Assembly (NCBI GenBank): GCA_973895155.1 | Contig: OZ316897.1 | Coordinates: 6,624,470-6,688,469 of the forward strand | Reading direction: 5' to 3' | Source of the DNA: Marsupella aquatica | Lineage: Eukaryota > Plantae > Marchantiophyta | DNA length: 64,000 nt | Shown: piece after piece, positions 50,801 to 63,102 of the stretch | Numbering within the stretch: position 1 is the first letter of the stretch | How the letters are laid out: each line of letters starts with the position of its first letter | Translations under genes and position numbers: made by a program | Notes under the pieces: generated by a model | Databases searched by the model: none | What the model was told of the DNA's origin: nothing | What the model saw: only the letters and a program-made list of their open reading frames with translations

Positions 50801-53800
50801 ATGTGTCGGAAAATTGTGTGATGGAAGCTTTGAACATGATCCAATCCAAATCATTTCAATGCTAGTTTACGTTGACCGTTTTAATGGTGTACCAAGTCAG
50901 TCGCTGGCGAGAGAAAGTTGATGACTACCCTCTGTAGTGGTTTGTTACTCGCGTCTACATCTTCCAATTCGATACTCATTCGTAGTCATCTATTTGCGAA
51001 TGCAAGCCGCTTTTCAGTAATATTCAATCTTGGACTCCCGCACACTGATGTCCACGAGATCTCGGGATTCTACGAAGCCAGCTTAATATAAGTGTGTGTT
51101 CAAACATCAAGACCGTACTGGATCCTTCGTTTCCACGTCTCCACTACAATAACCCTTCGCCTAAGTCCGCATTTGCACAAGATCGCATCTCGATGAAGTC
51201 CGCCTTTTGAAACTCCCTCCCCCCAAAATTCCAAGGTTCTTAGTTCTTGAGTCCGCAAATAATCCAAGATTGCCAGGCGCGGACTTGACCAAAGGACTAC
51301 TGCATTATTTTACATCGCAACTTTGCAACAAGGGAGAATTCGAGTCGCACTTTTTTTAGAGTATATGCCATCCCTTGCAAGCGGGATCTGAGGTTGGCAG
51401 CTTGGATCATTTGCCAAGGCGACACATCTAAATGCCTAGACAAGTTCTCACTCGTACATTTGCACATGCCATGTGGGTTGCAGTATATACGGCAGAGTAC
51501 TGGCATGGAGGCACCAGAGGGATCTCCAGAATCTATCCCTTTGCCAGGCCTGGCAGAGTTGAGAGGTGAATGGCAAGGTACCCTTGAAGCAAGTGGTGGA
51601 GGAGATGGAGACACATATGTACGTGTTGTGGCTCCCCTAGTCAAGTTAAACTTTAGTCTACGGAGTTCAAACTTTCTTGAAGAAGTCGCTTCCAGTGGGG
51701 CTTGAGGATGATGGGAACAAGAGCCACTCTCAAGACACACTGCCATGCTAACTTAATTGCTTGCTAGGGTTTCAATGGAAGATCTTTGATTGTTTTTCAG
51801 AGTACGTAGAAGCTGTCCTCCTGAATTGATTCTAAAGAAATCCAGAGTGCACTGTCTTGAGCTAATCTGTGCCATGTTTTTGCAGGCTGACTTTGACCTC
51901 CGCGGGAATGAGTGGGAATGGGGATCATACAGAACTAGAAAAGTCATTGCTATCGGAGATTACTGCAACAATGACGGGCTACGACTTCAGAAATTCTTCA
52001 TTCAAAAGGATACAGCGACGCTTCACGCTGATGGAACATTACTTGGACCAAAACCGAATCTTCACTTTGCAGTCTTGAATTTTCCTGTTGACCTAGTTCC
52101 ACCCCTTTTGCATGCTTTCCAGTCAGCCTCGACACCTGAACCATTCATGTCTCCTTCTTCACGACCTTACAGTACTCCAATCAAAGGAATATTGTATATG
52201 GAAGGTGATTTGAGGGGTACTTTAGCAAAACCGCAATGCGATGTCCAAATAAGGTTGTTAGATGGAGCTATTGGAGGAGTCAGCCTGGGCAAGGCAGAAA
52301 TGGCTGCCTCAGTGACTCCAGCCAATAGACTGGCTTTCAATGCAATACTGGAGCCAGTGGCTCAGACAGGGCATGTTCGAATTCAAGGTAATCTACCTAT
52401 GGGTCCAGGTGGACTTGAGGAGCATGAAGTGGAAGTTCACGGGAAAGAGAGGGATCAGCACATGAGGGCAGGGGTTTGGGGAAGGGAACGGGGCCGGGAC
52501 AGAAAAGATGAAGAAGAAGATGACAAAGATGAGAGTATTGAGAAAGGAGGAGAGGAAGGATGGGAAGTGCGATTGGCAGAAAGCTTGAAGGCTCTAGATG
52601 GAGAGTTCCTGGAAAGTGGCGCTGTACAAGTTGATGCAGCTGTCAAGGATGGGGGAATGCTGCTACTTACTGCCATTTCTCCAGGCTTTCAGTGGATTCA
52701 AGGGAATGCAGACATCCAATTACAGGTTGGTTGCAATAAATATATTCGATGAACTAGATAAACTTTTTTATCTTGTTGAATATACAACACAAGAAACTGT
52801 GCTCTCCGCCAGCTACGGTGTATGGTCACAGTATGTCTAAGTAGAGGGAGGCTCTGGTCTGCTAAATAGAGTGTAGCAGGTTCTAGTACTTCATTCACTT
52901 ATTTGAGTTAGGGCACTACCATTGCATCCGTTCAGATCTAAATCTAAGACCAGCGGTGTTTGCGATCTAGGAGGAATGCCACCTGTTTCAGAGCCATCTG
53001 TTTGTACTCACAAGAATAACTCTTTTCAAAAGGAATTGGACATAGTCTTCAAAAGCTGTCCTCTGATACTTTACTGTCTCCTGAACTCCAGGTCAGAGGC
53101 ACTGTCCAACAGCCAACTGCAGATGGGACAGCATCGTTCTACAAAGTTGGAATTTCATCACCTGTCCTTCCACGTCCGGTGTCCAATCTGGGTGGTACGA
53201 TAAGAATAAAAAACAACCAACTCTTTGTTGAAGGGCTGGAAGGACGTGTTGGTCGTAGGGGTCTTGTGGAAGTTAAGGGGCAGCTGCCACTTCGAAGCAG
53301 CGATTCCTCGACCACTGGTGATGCCATTGAAGTGAAGGCTGAATCATTGGAAGTGCGAGCAAGACACGTATATAGGTAATTGGCTCGTATTTGATCAATA
53401 AATGCACTTCGACTCTAGTTGTTATTGCCGTCCGTCCAGGGAACAGCATAGTGGTCAATTAAGGACGCGTTCTCGTCATGAAGGACAGTCCTTGGCTTGG
53501 TATACTTGACTGATAAACTGGAATCTCCACAGTTCATGCCTATCTCAAATGTAGCCTGTCAGAGTCAAGCTGAAATCGTTGCAAGGATGAAAGTCCCATT
53601 TGACTGAATCTGTTCGAAATGTAACAACAGTGGACAGGTGAACAGTAATATCAGACTCATGGGCAGTTTGCTCGAACCAGAAGTGACGGGTATGATCAAA
53701 CTCAGCCATGGTGAAGCGTACCTGTCACAAGAGAAGGGTGCGAGTTCTTCTCCGTCAACCATTTCAAGCAGCCCACCCGGCGGAGGATATGGCTGGATGG

Positions 53801-55668
53801 CTGCTGCTTCAAGTGCTGGTCGCCATGATGCAGATATTTTCGCTTTGCCAGACCTAGGAAGCAAAACTCCTGGTGTGTTCGAATGTGCTTGCTTTTGCAT
53901 TGATGCAGAACATTATAGAGCTTCAGCTGCTGTAACCAATTCCCAAATTAATAGTTCTGTGCCTATTTGTTCAATGCAACAGCGCATCTAGTAAGATTGC
54001 ATGAACGTAACAGTTTCCAGTGAGAAGTTAACTGAATAAAGCACTGAACTTTGTCTGTGTTCAGGCTCCAAAGAAGAACAAAAAGACGACAAGTCCCCGG
54101 GGCGCTTACCTCCGATTGACGTACGACTGACATGTTTAAAACTTATGTTGGGTCCTGAGCTGAGGATGGTGTACCCACTTATCCTCAACTTTGCGGTCAG
54201 CGGAGAACTAGAATTGAATGGTTTTGCAGATTCCCTGCGCATGAAGCCCAAAGGCACTTTAACTTTTGAAAATGGTGACGTCAATCTCGTAGCAACCCAG
54301 GTAAATTCCCAAGCGACTGTTAAACTTGCTACATCAGTACTACTGGTGGGCCAATTTCGATACTCCTTTCAGATATTTTGGAATGTGCCCGCTGCAGTTC
54401 ATTAGCGTTTCAGATGTAGTTCTCGACCTCTTGACGTTTGCCATCATTACCTTGTTCGGCCTACCAGACCCGGTAGATGTTCATATCCTCGTCCTGAGTT
54501 GTCTTCTTCAGTTATAGCCAGTAACTCATGTTGCGATCATGTCGTTTATTTTCAGGTGAGGCTAAACAAGGACCATCCGAACAGAGCCAAGTTTGAGCCA
54601 GAACTTGGGCTGGATCCCACGTTGGATCTGGCATTGATTGGTGCCGACTGGCAGCTGAAGGTGCAAGGGCGTGCAAGGAACTGGCAGGACAATATCGTTG
54701 TGAGCTCAACTCGCACAGGAGAGCAAGATGCTCTGACGCGAACTGAGGTCTCGTTTTTTCTTTTCGCAAATAAATTCACTTAAAGATTGTATCATACTGC
54801 CTGTGCAGGGTTTTGTCTACTATTGCTAGACATCAAAAGTCCAATACCTTCTCCTGATACATATTATTGGAGGCTGTATGGTACAAGTTAATTATTGGAG
54901 GCTGTATTATACACGTTTTTGATTGTTTTTGATTGTTTTTGATTCCTCCTATGTATGACACATAGCCTTCTTGTCAAATGGCTGTCTTGACTGAGTGGAG
55001 TTTTTTCCAGCCAAGCATTTTAGTGTAGGGTAGCTACAATTCGCCGAATTCGATTAAAGTCGATCTTCTAAAATTCCAGAAATTGTTGTGTATAATTTCA
55101 GGCAGCACGAGTTTTTGAAAGCCAGCTTGCAGAGTCGCTCTTGGAAGGAGATGGGCAACTCGCATTTAAAAAGCTTGCAGCAGCCACAGTGGAGACATTG
55201 ATGCCTCGGATTGAGACAAAAGGAGAGTTTGGACAGGCTCGATGGCGGCTTGTTTCGGCTCCTCAAATTCCTAACCTGCTGTCACTTGACCCCACGACAG
55301 ATCCTTTTAAATCTCTTGCCAATCTTTCCTTTGGTGCGGAGGTTGAGGTGCAACTGGGTAGACATCTCCAGGTCTTACTCTCTGCTATCACCGCTCTACC
55401 CCTGTCCATTGTTTCATCAGGATGTCTTTCATGTGAATCACAGCTTGGTAATGGTTATGATGCATTTCTCACTCTTGAACTTTTCACACTAAACCTTTCA
55501 TTCTCGTGGTGGCAGGCATCAGTTGTACGACGCATTAAGGATTCAGAAATGGCAACCGAATGGACTTTCTTGTACCAACTGAACAGCCAGTTCCGACTTC
55601 TGTTCTCCTCCATCCCCTCTGTAGACAACCGGCTGATGTTTGAGTTTTCTGCGACGTCACAAAATTAA
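41864..55668 (+). CDS. TIC236: TIC236 (SSG4/EMB2410; TamB/DUF490 family) chloroplast envelope bridging protein, ~2413 aa, 23 coding exons
   Basis: Phase-consistent GT-AG exons: 41864-44463, 44729-44927, 45160-45219, 45465-45569, 45777-45917, 46095-46157, 46302-46532, 46893-46976, 47393-47550, 47751-48291, 48565-48753, 48899-48958, 49650-49772, 49927-50196, 50695-50760, 51484-51618, 51886-52725, 53092-53375, 53631-53872, 54065-54300, 54556-54747, 55102-55371, 55516-55668. It has an S/R-rich transit-like N-terminus and one TM helix. Motifs: 'EEFSCAEIP', 'LFIQKD.ATLHADGTLLGPK.NLHFAVLNFP', 'LGPELRMVYPLILNFAVSGELELNG', 'ETLMPRIETKGEFGQARWRLV.APQIP', C-terminus 'FEFSATSQN'. Confidence 0.96.
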
Positions 55669-57298
55669 TTGTGTATAGAATTGGTGACTTTGGTTCACCA
55701 TATCATGCCTTGGTTCTGTACAAAGATTGGCGATCTCTTCAGTCATCGATACAATCCCTGGAAAATTTTGCTCCACTGACATTGATCTGGAAGTGTGCCC
55801 TGAGGATGATTGTCGCTTTCTCATCCTGAATGTTCAGAATTGATCGTAATTGGGAGCGTGCACAATGGTCGGGAAGGTTGCCGCCTGACCAGTTAGCATT
55901 TACACAGAAAGTTTGACCTGTGTGGACATGACACTCATATGAAGAGGTCCCAAACGAATAATCGGTAATGTGCTGTTAGAACAAATCTAGGAACTCGGTA
56001 CGCCGTGTGGTCAGCCAACGGGTATGTAGTGAAAGGTAAGTAGTCTGACCAAAAGGTGTAATGAGTTGACCCAATTGAGTCGTCTGTATCATGTTACGTT
56101 TAGTGAAATGTATATTCGAAGTATTCGAATGAGATTAAGGAACTGTACTGATCATTGATATATGCTTAACTTGGATGACAATTGTATTGGATGACGAGAG
56201 TTTGCTTCGGCTCGCGTTTTTACCTAATATTATCCTTCAAGAAATTTTCGTCCTCTCAGATCACAGATGTTTTCTGCATCCAATGCTGAATGCAGGGATT
56301 GCAAGCTGGAAACATAATATTGTACCACCTCAGAAACGGATTGCCCGTGACCAAGTCCAGATACCAGGTGTGTTGCCATGTGACATTTTGGAAGACAAGG
56401 AAATCCTAATGGGTACTATCGTTTAAACAGGTGACGAAGTCAGGAAGTGATACCAATCGGGGACAAGGTCCTGCTCATCGGTCTAGAAAGCATGCTGGGA
56501 AGAAGTTGTCAGGTAAATTTGACCAGAAGGTCCTGGCACTGACTTCGAGGTAGTAGTGAAGCGAACCTAAATGCCACGACAAAACACCTCAAACCGTTTC
56601 TAAACATTGTCAGTTATCATCATTGCCCAAATCTTTTGGAAGTTACAAAACACTTCCAACCTCGGTGAACATGGTCTGTCCATTCCATGACTCCACTGTA
56701 CATGTTCCTGTCATGCAGCATCTTCATGGTTGATTCTCTGATTATTCATTGGCGGGAATCCGAGTAAAAGAAGAGGCAGAGCAGTCTACTGAGGTTTAAA
56801 TTGAGAGATCGAATTGATAAAATGAGAAAGCCAATTGGATTCTAATTTTACGGGTAGGTACAAGTGGCATTGTTCCTTTGGGTTGAAGAGTTACTTAATC
56901 AGCCATTGTTGACGTATGGATGTTGCGCCTTTCTTTTGGAAACTTCTTATTCTTCTAAGTCATTTGCCTTGGTGTATTGCTCAATGGCTCTAAACCAACA
57001 CACAAATCCCTAATAATGAATGGATCAAACAGGATTCCTTGAACGAAACCCACTTGAACAGATTAATCTACAATCCTTTCCCTCCTGATGGACGGAAAAG
57101 TAAAACCACAACGCAAGCCGCTTGTTTCACGTCGTCGTGCTTCAAATTCGTCAGTACGTCGTCAATTAGAACATGAGTCACACTCAAAACCACATACCAG
57201 AGAGGCCATCAAAACACACGTTCTCCAGGGATAACCTTGGCAAATGATCGGTAGGAAGTATAAATGAAAGGGAGTTGACCAGGTGAAACAAAATTCCT

Positions 57299-58474
57299 TT
57301 ACCACGGAATGAGTGATCCGAAGAGAAAATGCTGCATAATAGGGACCTTTTCAAGTACCTCGGCCTTGTACATTTTAAGCATTCCCCCATACACCTTCCT
57401 CCAGGATATAACCCCACTAATGTCATCTATCATTGGAGAATGTTCCGCCAGAGGACCTTTCTTCACCTTTTTCACAAACTGAATACACGCTAAGTAGAAA
57501 TAGTCCTTCGCAAAATTGTCGAGAATGTCTTGGTTGTGAATTGACTTGGGTTTCATATACTTATGATCTACCAGCTGGGCCGCCCCAAATATGAAAGGAA
57601 GAAAATGGTAATCATCTAAACCCCAGACGCCATGAGAACCTGCCGGCTCCAGCCAGTAGGTAGTCTGCAGTTTTCGCATGAGATCAAGATATTTGACAAA
57701 CACCAGAATCACAATCGCTTGATAATCGTCCTGCTTCACCAGTCCCAGCCTCGCGAGACACAGCAAGAAAGCTGCAAAGTTCACCTCATGGCCAGTGCCA
57801 TAGTCTATCCTCGTTCCATTACCAAAGCTATCTGCGAAATACGGGAAAAGCTCCATGACAGCCTCGTGAAGGTGCTCCGGAAGGATCTGCTTCACGAGAT
57901 CAGGGCCATCGTGCTCCAAACGCCCTTGCCAGTCCCTGAATGCCAGATTCCCATACCGGGCAGGTTGCTGCCGAGGAGGCAACTCATCCACCCACTCACT
58001 CATCTTGCCAAGGATTCCTACTAAAGACATGATCACAGGTGACTCTCGGCAGTAGTCAGAGAGCTTCATTCCCACCACAGAGTCACTCAAACCCACGATA
58101 AACCCGATGAAGGTCTTCCCAGCGTCGGACTGTTGAAATCTCTCTATGTCTGCTGGAGAATTAATCCTCTTTCGTGGAACCTGGAATGCATACGGAGCTT
58201 GTAGAAGAGGAACTGGTCGAGCTTGTGGGATTGGGGCCATTGCTGCCAGTGTCATACCAGACCCTAAATGGGAACCAGCACCAGGCATCGCAGGTCCTCT
58301 CATTCTACCAGGAGGCCCAGATCCCAGACCGCCGACGGGATTATAACTTCCACTTATTGCCGGTGGGCTGGGACCATAGCGATCCATAATTCTAGGCTCT
58401 TCCACTGCTGCATCCGACGTTCTGGCCGGCGGGGGGGCCGCTGTGCTGCTCATTATTCTTTCCTCCTCAGCCAT
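57299..58474 (-). CDS. PTPA: Serine/threonine protein phosphatase 2A activator (PTPA), intronless CDS, 391 aa
   Basis: Motifs 'RYGNLAFRDW', 'DSFGNGTRIDYGTGHE', 'YWLEPAGSHGVWGLDDYHFLPFIFG', 'KKGPLAEHSPMIDDISGV..W.KV..GMLKMYKAEVLEKVPIMQHFLFGSLI.W'. Confidence 0.97.
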   Translation of the reverse strand: MAEEERIMSSTAAPPPARTSDAAVEEPRIMDRYGPSPPAISGSYNPVGGLGSGPPGRMRGPAMPGAGSHLGSGMTLAAMAPIPQARPVPLLQAPYAFQVPRKRINSPADIERFQQSDAGKTFIGFIVGLSDSVVGMKLSDYCRESPVIMSLVGILGKMSEWVDELPPRQQPARYGNLAFRDWQGRLEHDGPDLVKQILPEHLHEAVMELFPYFADSFGNGTRIDYGTGHEVNFAAFLLCLARLGLVKQDDYQAIVILVFVKYLDLMRKLQTTYWLEPAGSHGVWGLDDYHFLPFIFGAAQLVDHKYMKPKSIHNQDILDNFAKDYFYLACIQFVKKVKKGPLAEHSPMIDDISGVISWRKVYGGMLKMYKAEVLEKVPIMQHFLFGSLIPW

Positions 58475-59464
58475 AGACTACAAAATTTCAAACACCCTGC
58501 AGCTAGCCTCTCCCTCGACTTCGTCAACGATAGAAATCTCTGCAAAAACCTAGGAGGAAGCTCGGGCTTCCAAAATAACTCTCGACTAACTTAACTGATC
58601 AGTATTTCGCATGCGGCATGGGGCACCTAATGATCACAGAATCTATCCTCTGAAAAACCTAACTGCGGATAGGCACTCCCATCCTCAAAACAGACAGCAA
58701 CAGTGATCGCTGAATAGAAACTCCGAGCAGACGGACAGAGAGTTGCTTTGCATTGCTTTGCTTCCGGAAATCAAACTCGCGTCCGGCCAATAGCCAGGAA
58801 AACAAGACACGGCTGAAATTGGAGACGATCAGGGTTATTAATCCAAAAGCGAGGGAAGACGAGCGGGTAAAGTACCGAGATCGGAGCTCAGAAGGAAGGC
58901 CAACGTATGATTTCCTGAAGTGTCACCAAGAAAGTAGCAGCGGGCATTATTATGTAGCACAAACTATTCAACCAGTCCGAAGAAATAGACATCTCTAGTC
59001 ACAACCTAAACTAACAACTACAGAAAAAGCACACAAACAGACAGGCAGACAGATATTCAAGGACTGGAAGATATCCACTGGCGCAAAGCCCCACACCCTG
59101 AACTTGACCTCAAACAGGGTCTTAAGTCGGTGGCAATCAATCAATCAACCAATCAATTAGTCCACTCGTCCAATCGTCCAAACCATGAGGTAATAACGGC
59201 ACATTTGACACTGAGATGGACTCCTGTCTGTTGAAACCCTGAAACAACACTTCTCACTCAACGATCGACATTGTGCGTAGTGACAGTGCACTCTCAACTG
59301 CTTCAGAGACACGGAACAAAAGCCAATTCAATGTTTTGCTCCGCAATCACTTGAATTGAGTTTGGGAAATTCACCAACCTGGAAACCGATCCCTCATGGC
59401 AGTCGAGCAGCCTCGCTTTCTGCCTGCTCAGACCTAAACTAAACAAGGTAACAAACGGCTCCTG

Positions 59465-59625
59465 CTCTGCTCTTTTCTCTCACTATTCTTTCCCAACTTT
59501 TCCTTCCTCGCCTGCTTCTGTCTCCTCTCTTTTCTCTGACTATTCTTTCCCAACTTTTCCTTCCTCGCCTGCTTCTGTCTCCTCTCTTTTCTCTGACTAT
59601 TCTTTCCTCGCCTGCTTCTGTCTCC
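59465..59625. repeat. 57-bp pyrimidine-rich tandem repeat (~3 copies)
   Basis: actattctttcc recurs at 59482, 59539 and 59596. Confidence 0.9.
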
Positions 59626-59643
59626 TGTTGTATACCCTATAAT

Positions 59644-60187
59644 AACTCCTGTGACCCAAAGCAATCCAACTCTTCCTCTTCCTTGTTTCTAATAAGGCGT
59701 GTCAAAGCAAAGGTGTAACTCAGTTGCGGCTTAGCGTGTCAAGCAAAGGTGTAACTCAGATACGGCTTAGGACATAAAACCTCCTGTGACCCAAAGCAAT
59801 CCAACTCTTTCTTGTTTCTTCTCTAATAGGGCCTGTCAGAGCAATGGTGTAACTCAGTTATGGCTTAGGACATAAAACCTCCTGTGAACCAAAGCAATCC
59901 AACTCTTTCTTGTTTCTTCTCTAATAGGGCCTGTCAAAGGAATGGTGCAACTCAGTTATGGCTTAGGACATAAAATCTCCAGTGACTCAAAGCAATCCAA
60001 CTCTTCAACTTCCTTGTTTTGCCTCTAATAGGGCGTGTCAAAGCAAAAGTGTAACTCAGTTAGGGCTTAGGACATAAAACCTTGTGTGACCCAAAGCAAT
60101 CCAACTCTTCCTCTTCCTTGTTTCTTCTCTAATAGGGGCATGTCAAAGCAGAGAGATGTAACTCAGTTATGGCTTAGGACATCAAAC
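59644..60187. repeat. ~98-103-bp tandem repeat, 5 copies
   Basis: Unit ctcctgtgacccaaagcaatccaactct...ctaatagggc.tgtcaaagcaa.ggtgtaactcagttatggcttaggacataaaa starts at ~59646, 59780, 59878, 59976 and 60079. The first copy has an internal duplication. Confidence 0.95.
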
Positions 60188-60330
60188 TTGTTACGGTGAG
60201 GACAGAATCACTATGGGGAAAACATGTACCTCATAAGAGTAATACGTCCAAAAAAATTAAGCCATAACACTTTGGTTATGGGAAATAAGGCATGTCAAAG
60301 CTTCTTTCTCGTCTAATAAGGTGTGTCAAA

Positions 60331-60690
60331 GCAACAGTTACACCTAGGGACAAACTGAACTCAGGACATAAAGTGCTTTTACAGTGCTCTTACAGCCATG
60401 ACAAAATGGCTATGGGCTACCAAAATGGGTACCATAAGGGTGATACAGCAACAGTTGCACCTAGGGACAAACTGAACTGAGGACATAAAGTGCTTTTAGA
60501 GTGCTCTTCCAGCCATGACAAAATGGCTATGGGCTACCAAAATGATACTTTATGGGGGGATACCTATTGGAGAACTTTGACACTCCCTAATGCACTTGTA
60601 CACCCTATAACCAAAATAAAGCCCTAACACTTTGCTTACTGGAGAACTTTGACTATCCCTAATGCACTTGTACACCCTCTAACCCAAATG
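60331..60690. repeat. 117-bp and 72-bp tandem duplications
   Basis: gcaacagtt.cacctagggacaaactgaact.aggacataaagtgctttta... occurs at 60331 and 60448. ggagaactttgac...ccctaatgcacttgtacaccct occurs at 60569 and 60641. Confidence 0.9.
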
Positions 60691-61328
60691 GAGTTTCCTT
60701 CCCTACCCTCAAAGCCTGTTGGCTTTCAAGGCACAACCTAGTTTGGGGTTCCAACAAGTGGGTTTAAACTTTGGGGTTCTGTTATGGGGTTTGCCTTTAT
60801 TTAATATACTTTTAGAATTCCGCGTGCAATGGATTGACCTCTTTTGAATTCTATAGAATTTTTATTTTGAATCTTATATGATTTCTTTTATTCTATAAAC
60901 CTTATAGAGTAAGGATCTGACTACACAATCAAGATCCAAAACTATTCTAAGGACCTATTGTCTAGAGTGGAGCCTCCTCTACACTATTCACCCCAATTGG
61001 TCTTATCTCAGAATTAGTGTTAGTCCTTAATCAATGTTGGTAATCCTAATTTAAGAGTGGGGCAGGTTTGAATAGAAAATTAACACTAAATGTGGTGGGT
61101 TTTGGGGCTAAGATTATTTAGGGTTGGAATTCCCTGAACCATTTCAAATTTGGTTCAGGACAAACAAAAATTCCAGCCCTACTCCTTAGTTGTGTTGACA
61201 TTGTTTGGCACTAGTGTAGCCCTGTTGAGACTCTATTCCCTAGTGCTGACTTTTCTTTTTCTAGCAATCTTGGGTGCATGAGACGCACTCTCCTCCCTAG
61301 CTGTTTGAGATGAGAGAGTAATGTCATT

Positions 61329-61390
61329 TAATGCGTACACTATTACGCATTAATAACACTATTTGGATGTTATTAATGCGTACACTATTA
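61329..61390. repeat. Interlocked direct/inverted repeat
   Basis: A 17-bp direct repeat taatgcgtacactatta (61329-61345, 61374-61390) and a perfect 15-bp inverted repeat tacgcattaataaca / tgttattaatgcgta (61344-61358, 61368-61382). Confidence 0.9.
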
Positions 61391-62794
61391 GTGTTGGTCT
61401 GTTATTCAAATTAGTAATGTTAATTGAAGAGTATGCCCAAAAAATTAGGTTACGCAAATAATTTTACTAAGACTAATTGAGGTGAAAAGTGTAGACTGTG
61501 AATGTGGTGCATAATTGGAAGTGGGGGTATAAAGCGAGGATTGGAAGCAAGATTTGAAGGTGAATAGTGAACCTGAACACACAACTGGCAAGTAGTGAAT
61601 CTATTTTTCACAAGGTCATCGCCATTATTTAGGTTAAAAAAATTAGCACAGAGATTAATATTCTAAACAAGTTCAATTGTTTTTTATGCCTCACAAAACT
61701 TTGGTCAAAATTATATTTTTAAAATGTATTATGGATTGCACATGGTCCCTTTGATATATTAGTCCAAGCTTTGTTTTTCTCCAAGTGTGCTCTAAGTGGG
61801 ATGCAAGTGATGGACTGTGCATTGCTGGCCATGGGAACATCAAACCAATCACTTTTAACTACATTGTCATGAAAGTTGCCACAGTTTTTGTATATGGCTA
61901 CCTTGGTGAACTCATATTCCATGTAACTTTCTTTGTTGCATTTATGCCTACAATGGAAAATCATGGCAGTACTATAAATACTAAAACAACAGAGGCAATC
62001 TTGTAATCCAATATAATTTTAATGGCAAAGTACTTAAAAGCTGTAAAAACAATTGGGCACATGTTTTAACTTAAAAGCTTTAAAAACATTGGCCTCAACT
62101 TGGGCACTAGTGTAGACAAGGCTGCTAGCTAACTGCTCTTTCTCTGGCAGGATTGATAGTGCTATTTGGTCCCATAGCATAACTCAAACTTTCTCCTTGA
62201 GTTCTCTTTCATAAGATGTTTAGCAACAATTGGATTGAGTGATGACAATGTATGTTTCAAGATAACGCTACCCGCGCCAGTTCTCACTGCAACTCATTCT
62301 CCATGATACTGTTGTGAATGTTCATGCTATATTTCAATGTACACAGAGTGTGCGGTGAGACATTCAATTCAAAATCTCATCAAAATCATTGAGATGACTG
62401 AACGCACTATAACAAGAAATTGTTTCAACAGTTATCACATAATTAGTGGGTTGTTAGTGTAGATCTAGATGAGACTTTTTCCAGGCCTCGTTACCCCCTT
62501 GAGGGCTCTCTTGATCAGAGAGGTTAGGATCATTTCCTGCGTTTTGGTACTCGGCTCCTTTGGCTGTTTGTGGTGGTTGATTGTGATTCACTCCTAGGCT
62601 CAAGGTGTTTCATTGTATCCTTGGGGCAACTCCTGCCACTGCAAAACTTGGTGGTAGTGTGCTTTGGCTCCTTGGGGTGGTTTTTTCTGTGCCCTGTTGG
62701 CCTTTGATGCGGAGGCCCATAATATAAGTTGTTGCACTGCTGCCCCCTTTAAAATCAATTGTTGCACTGCTGCACCCTTTAAACAGGTATAACC

Positions 62795-63102
62795 ACCATG
62801 CCAGGAAACAGTAAAAAGGAAACAGCAAACAGTAAACAGCAAATGGATGAGAATTTTTTGAAATTTTTTTTGAAATTTTTTTGTTGGAATTTATTATTAT
62901 TTTTTGGTTTGTATTTTTGACATTTTTTTACTAGCTTGGGGCGCTAGTAATAGTAGCGTCTAGCGCTAGCCAAAAATAATCGTTTTTAAAAATATTTTGA
63001 AAATTTTGAGTTTTAATGAGAAATTTTTTATATTTCATTTTTTCTCGTAAATATAAAATTTTGCTCATAACAGGAAATCATTTTCCTGTTTCCTGGCACG
63101 GT
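62795..63102. mobile_element. 308-bp MITE with 17-bp TIRs and degenerate 8-bp TSD (hAT-like)
   Basis: ACCATGCCAGGAAACAG ... CTGTTTCCTGGCACGGT (1 mismatch). The flanks are GTATAACC / GTAAAGCC (6/8). The interior is AT-rich with a gcgctag hairpin cluster at ~62930-62970. Confidence 0.7.

Noticed and set aside
41864-58474. Numerous antisense and alternative-frame ORFs over TIC236 and PTPA
   Set aside because: They are shadow ORFs of real coding exons with no independent support.
59434-59664. Basic repeat peptide ORF (GKNSQRKERRQKQARKEKL)n
   Set aside because: It is a translation of the 57-bp repeat with a non-ATG start and no gene context.
59644-60187. Possible CRISPR-like or RNA-gene array
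   Set aside because: These are contiguous degenerate ~98-bp units without spacers and with no 5S, tRNA or snRNA signature.
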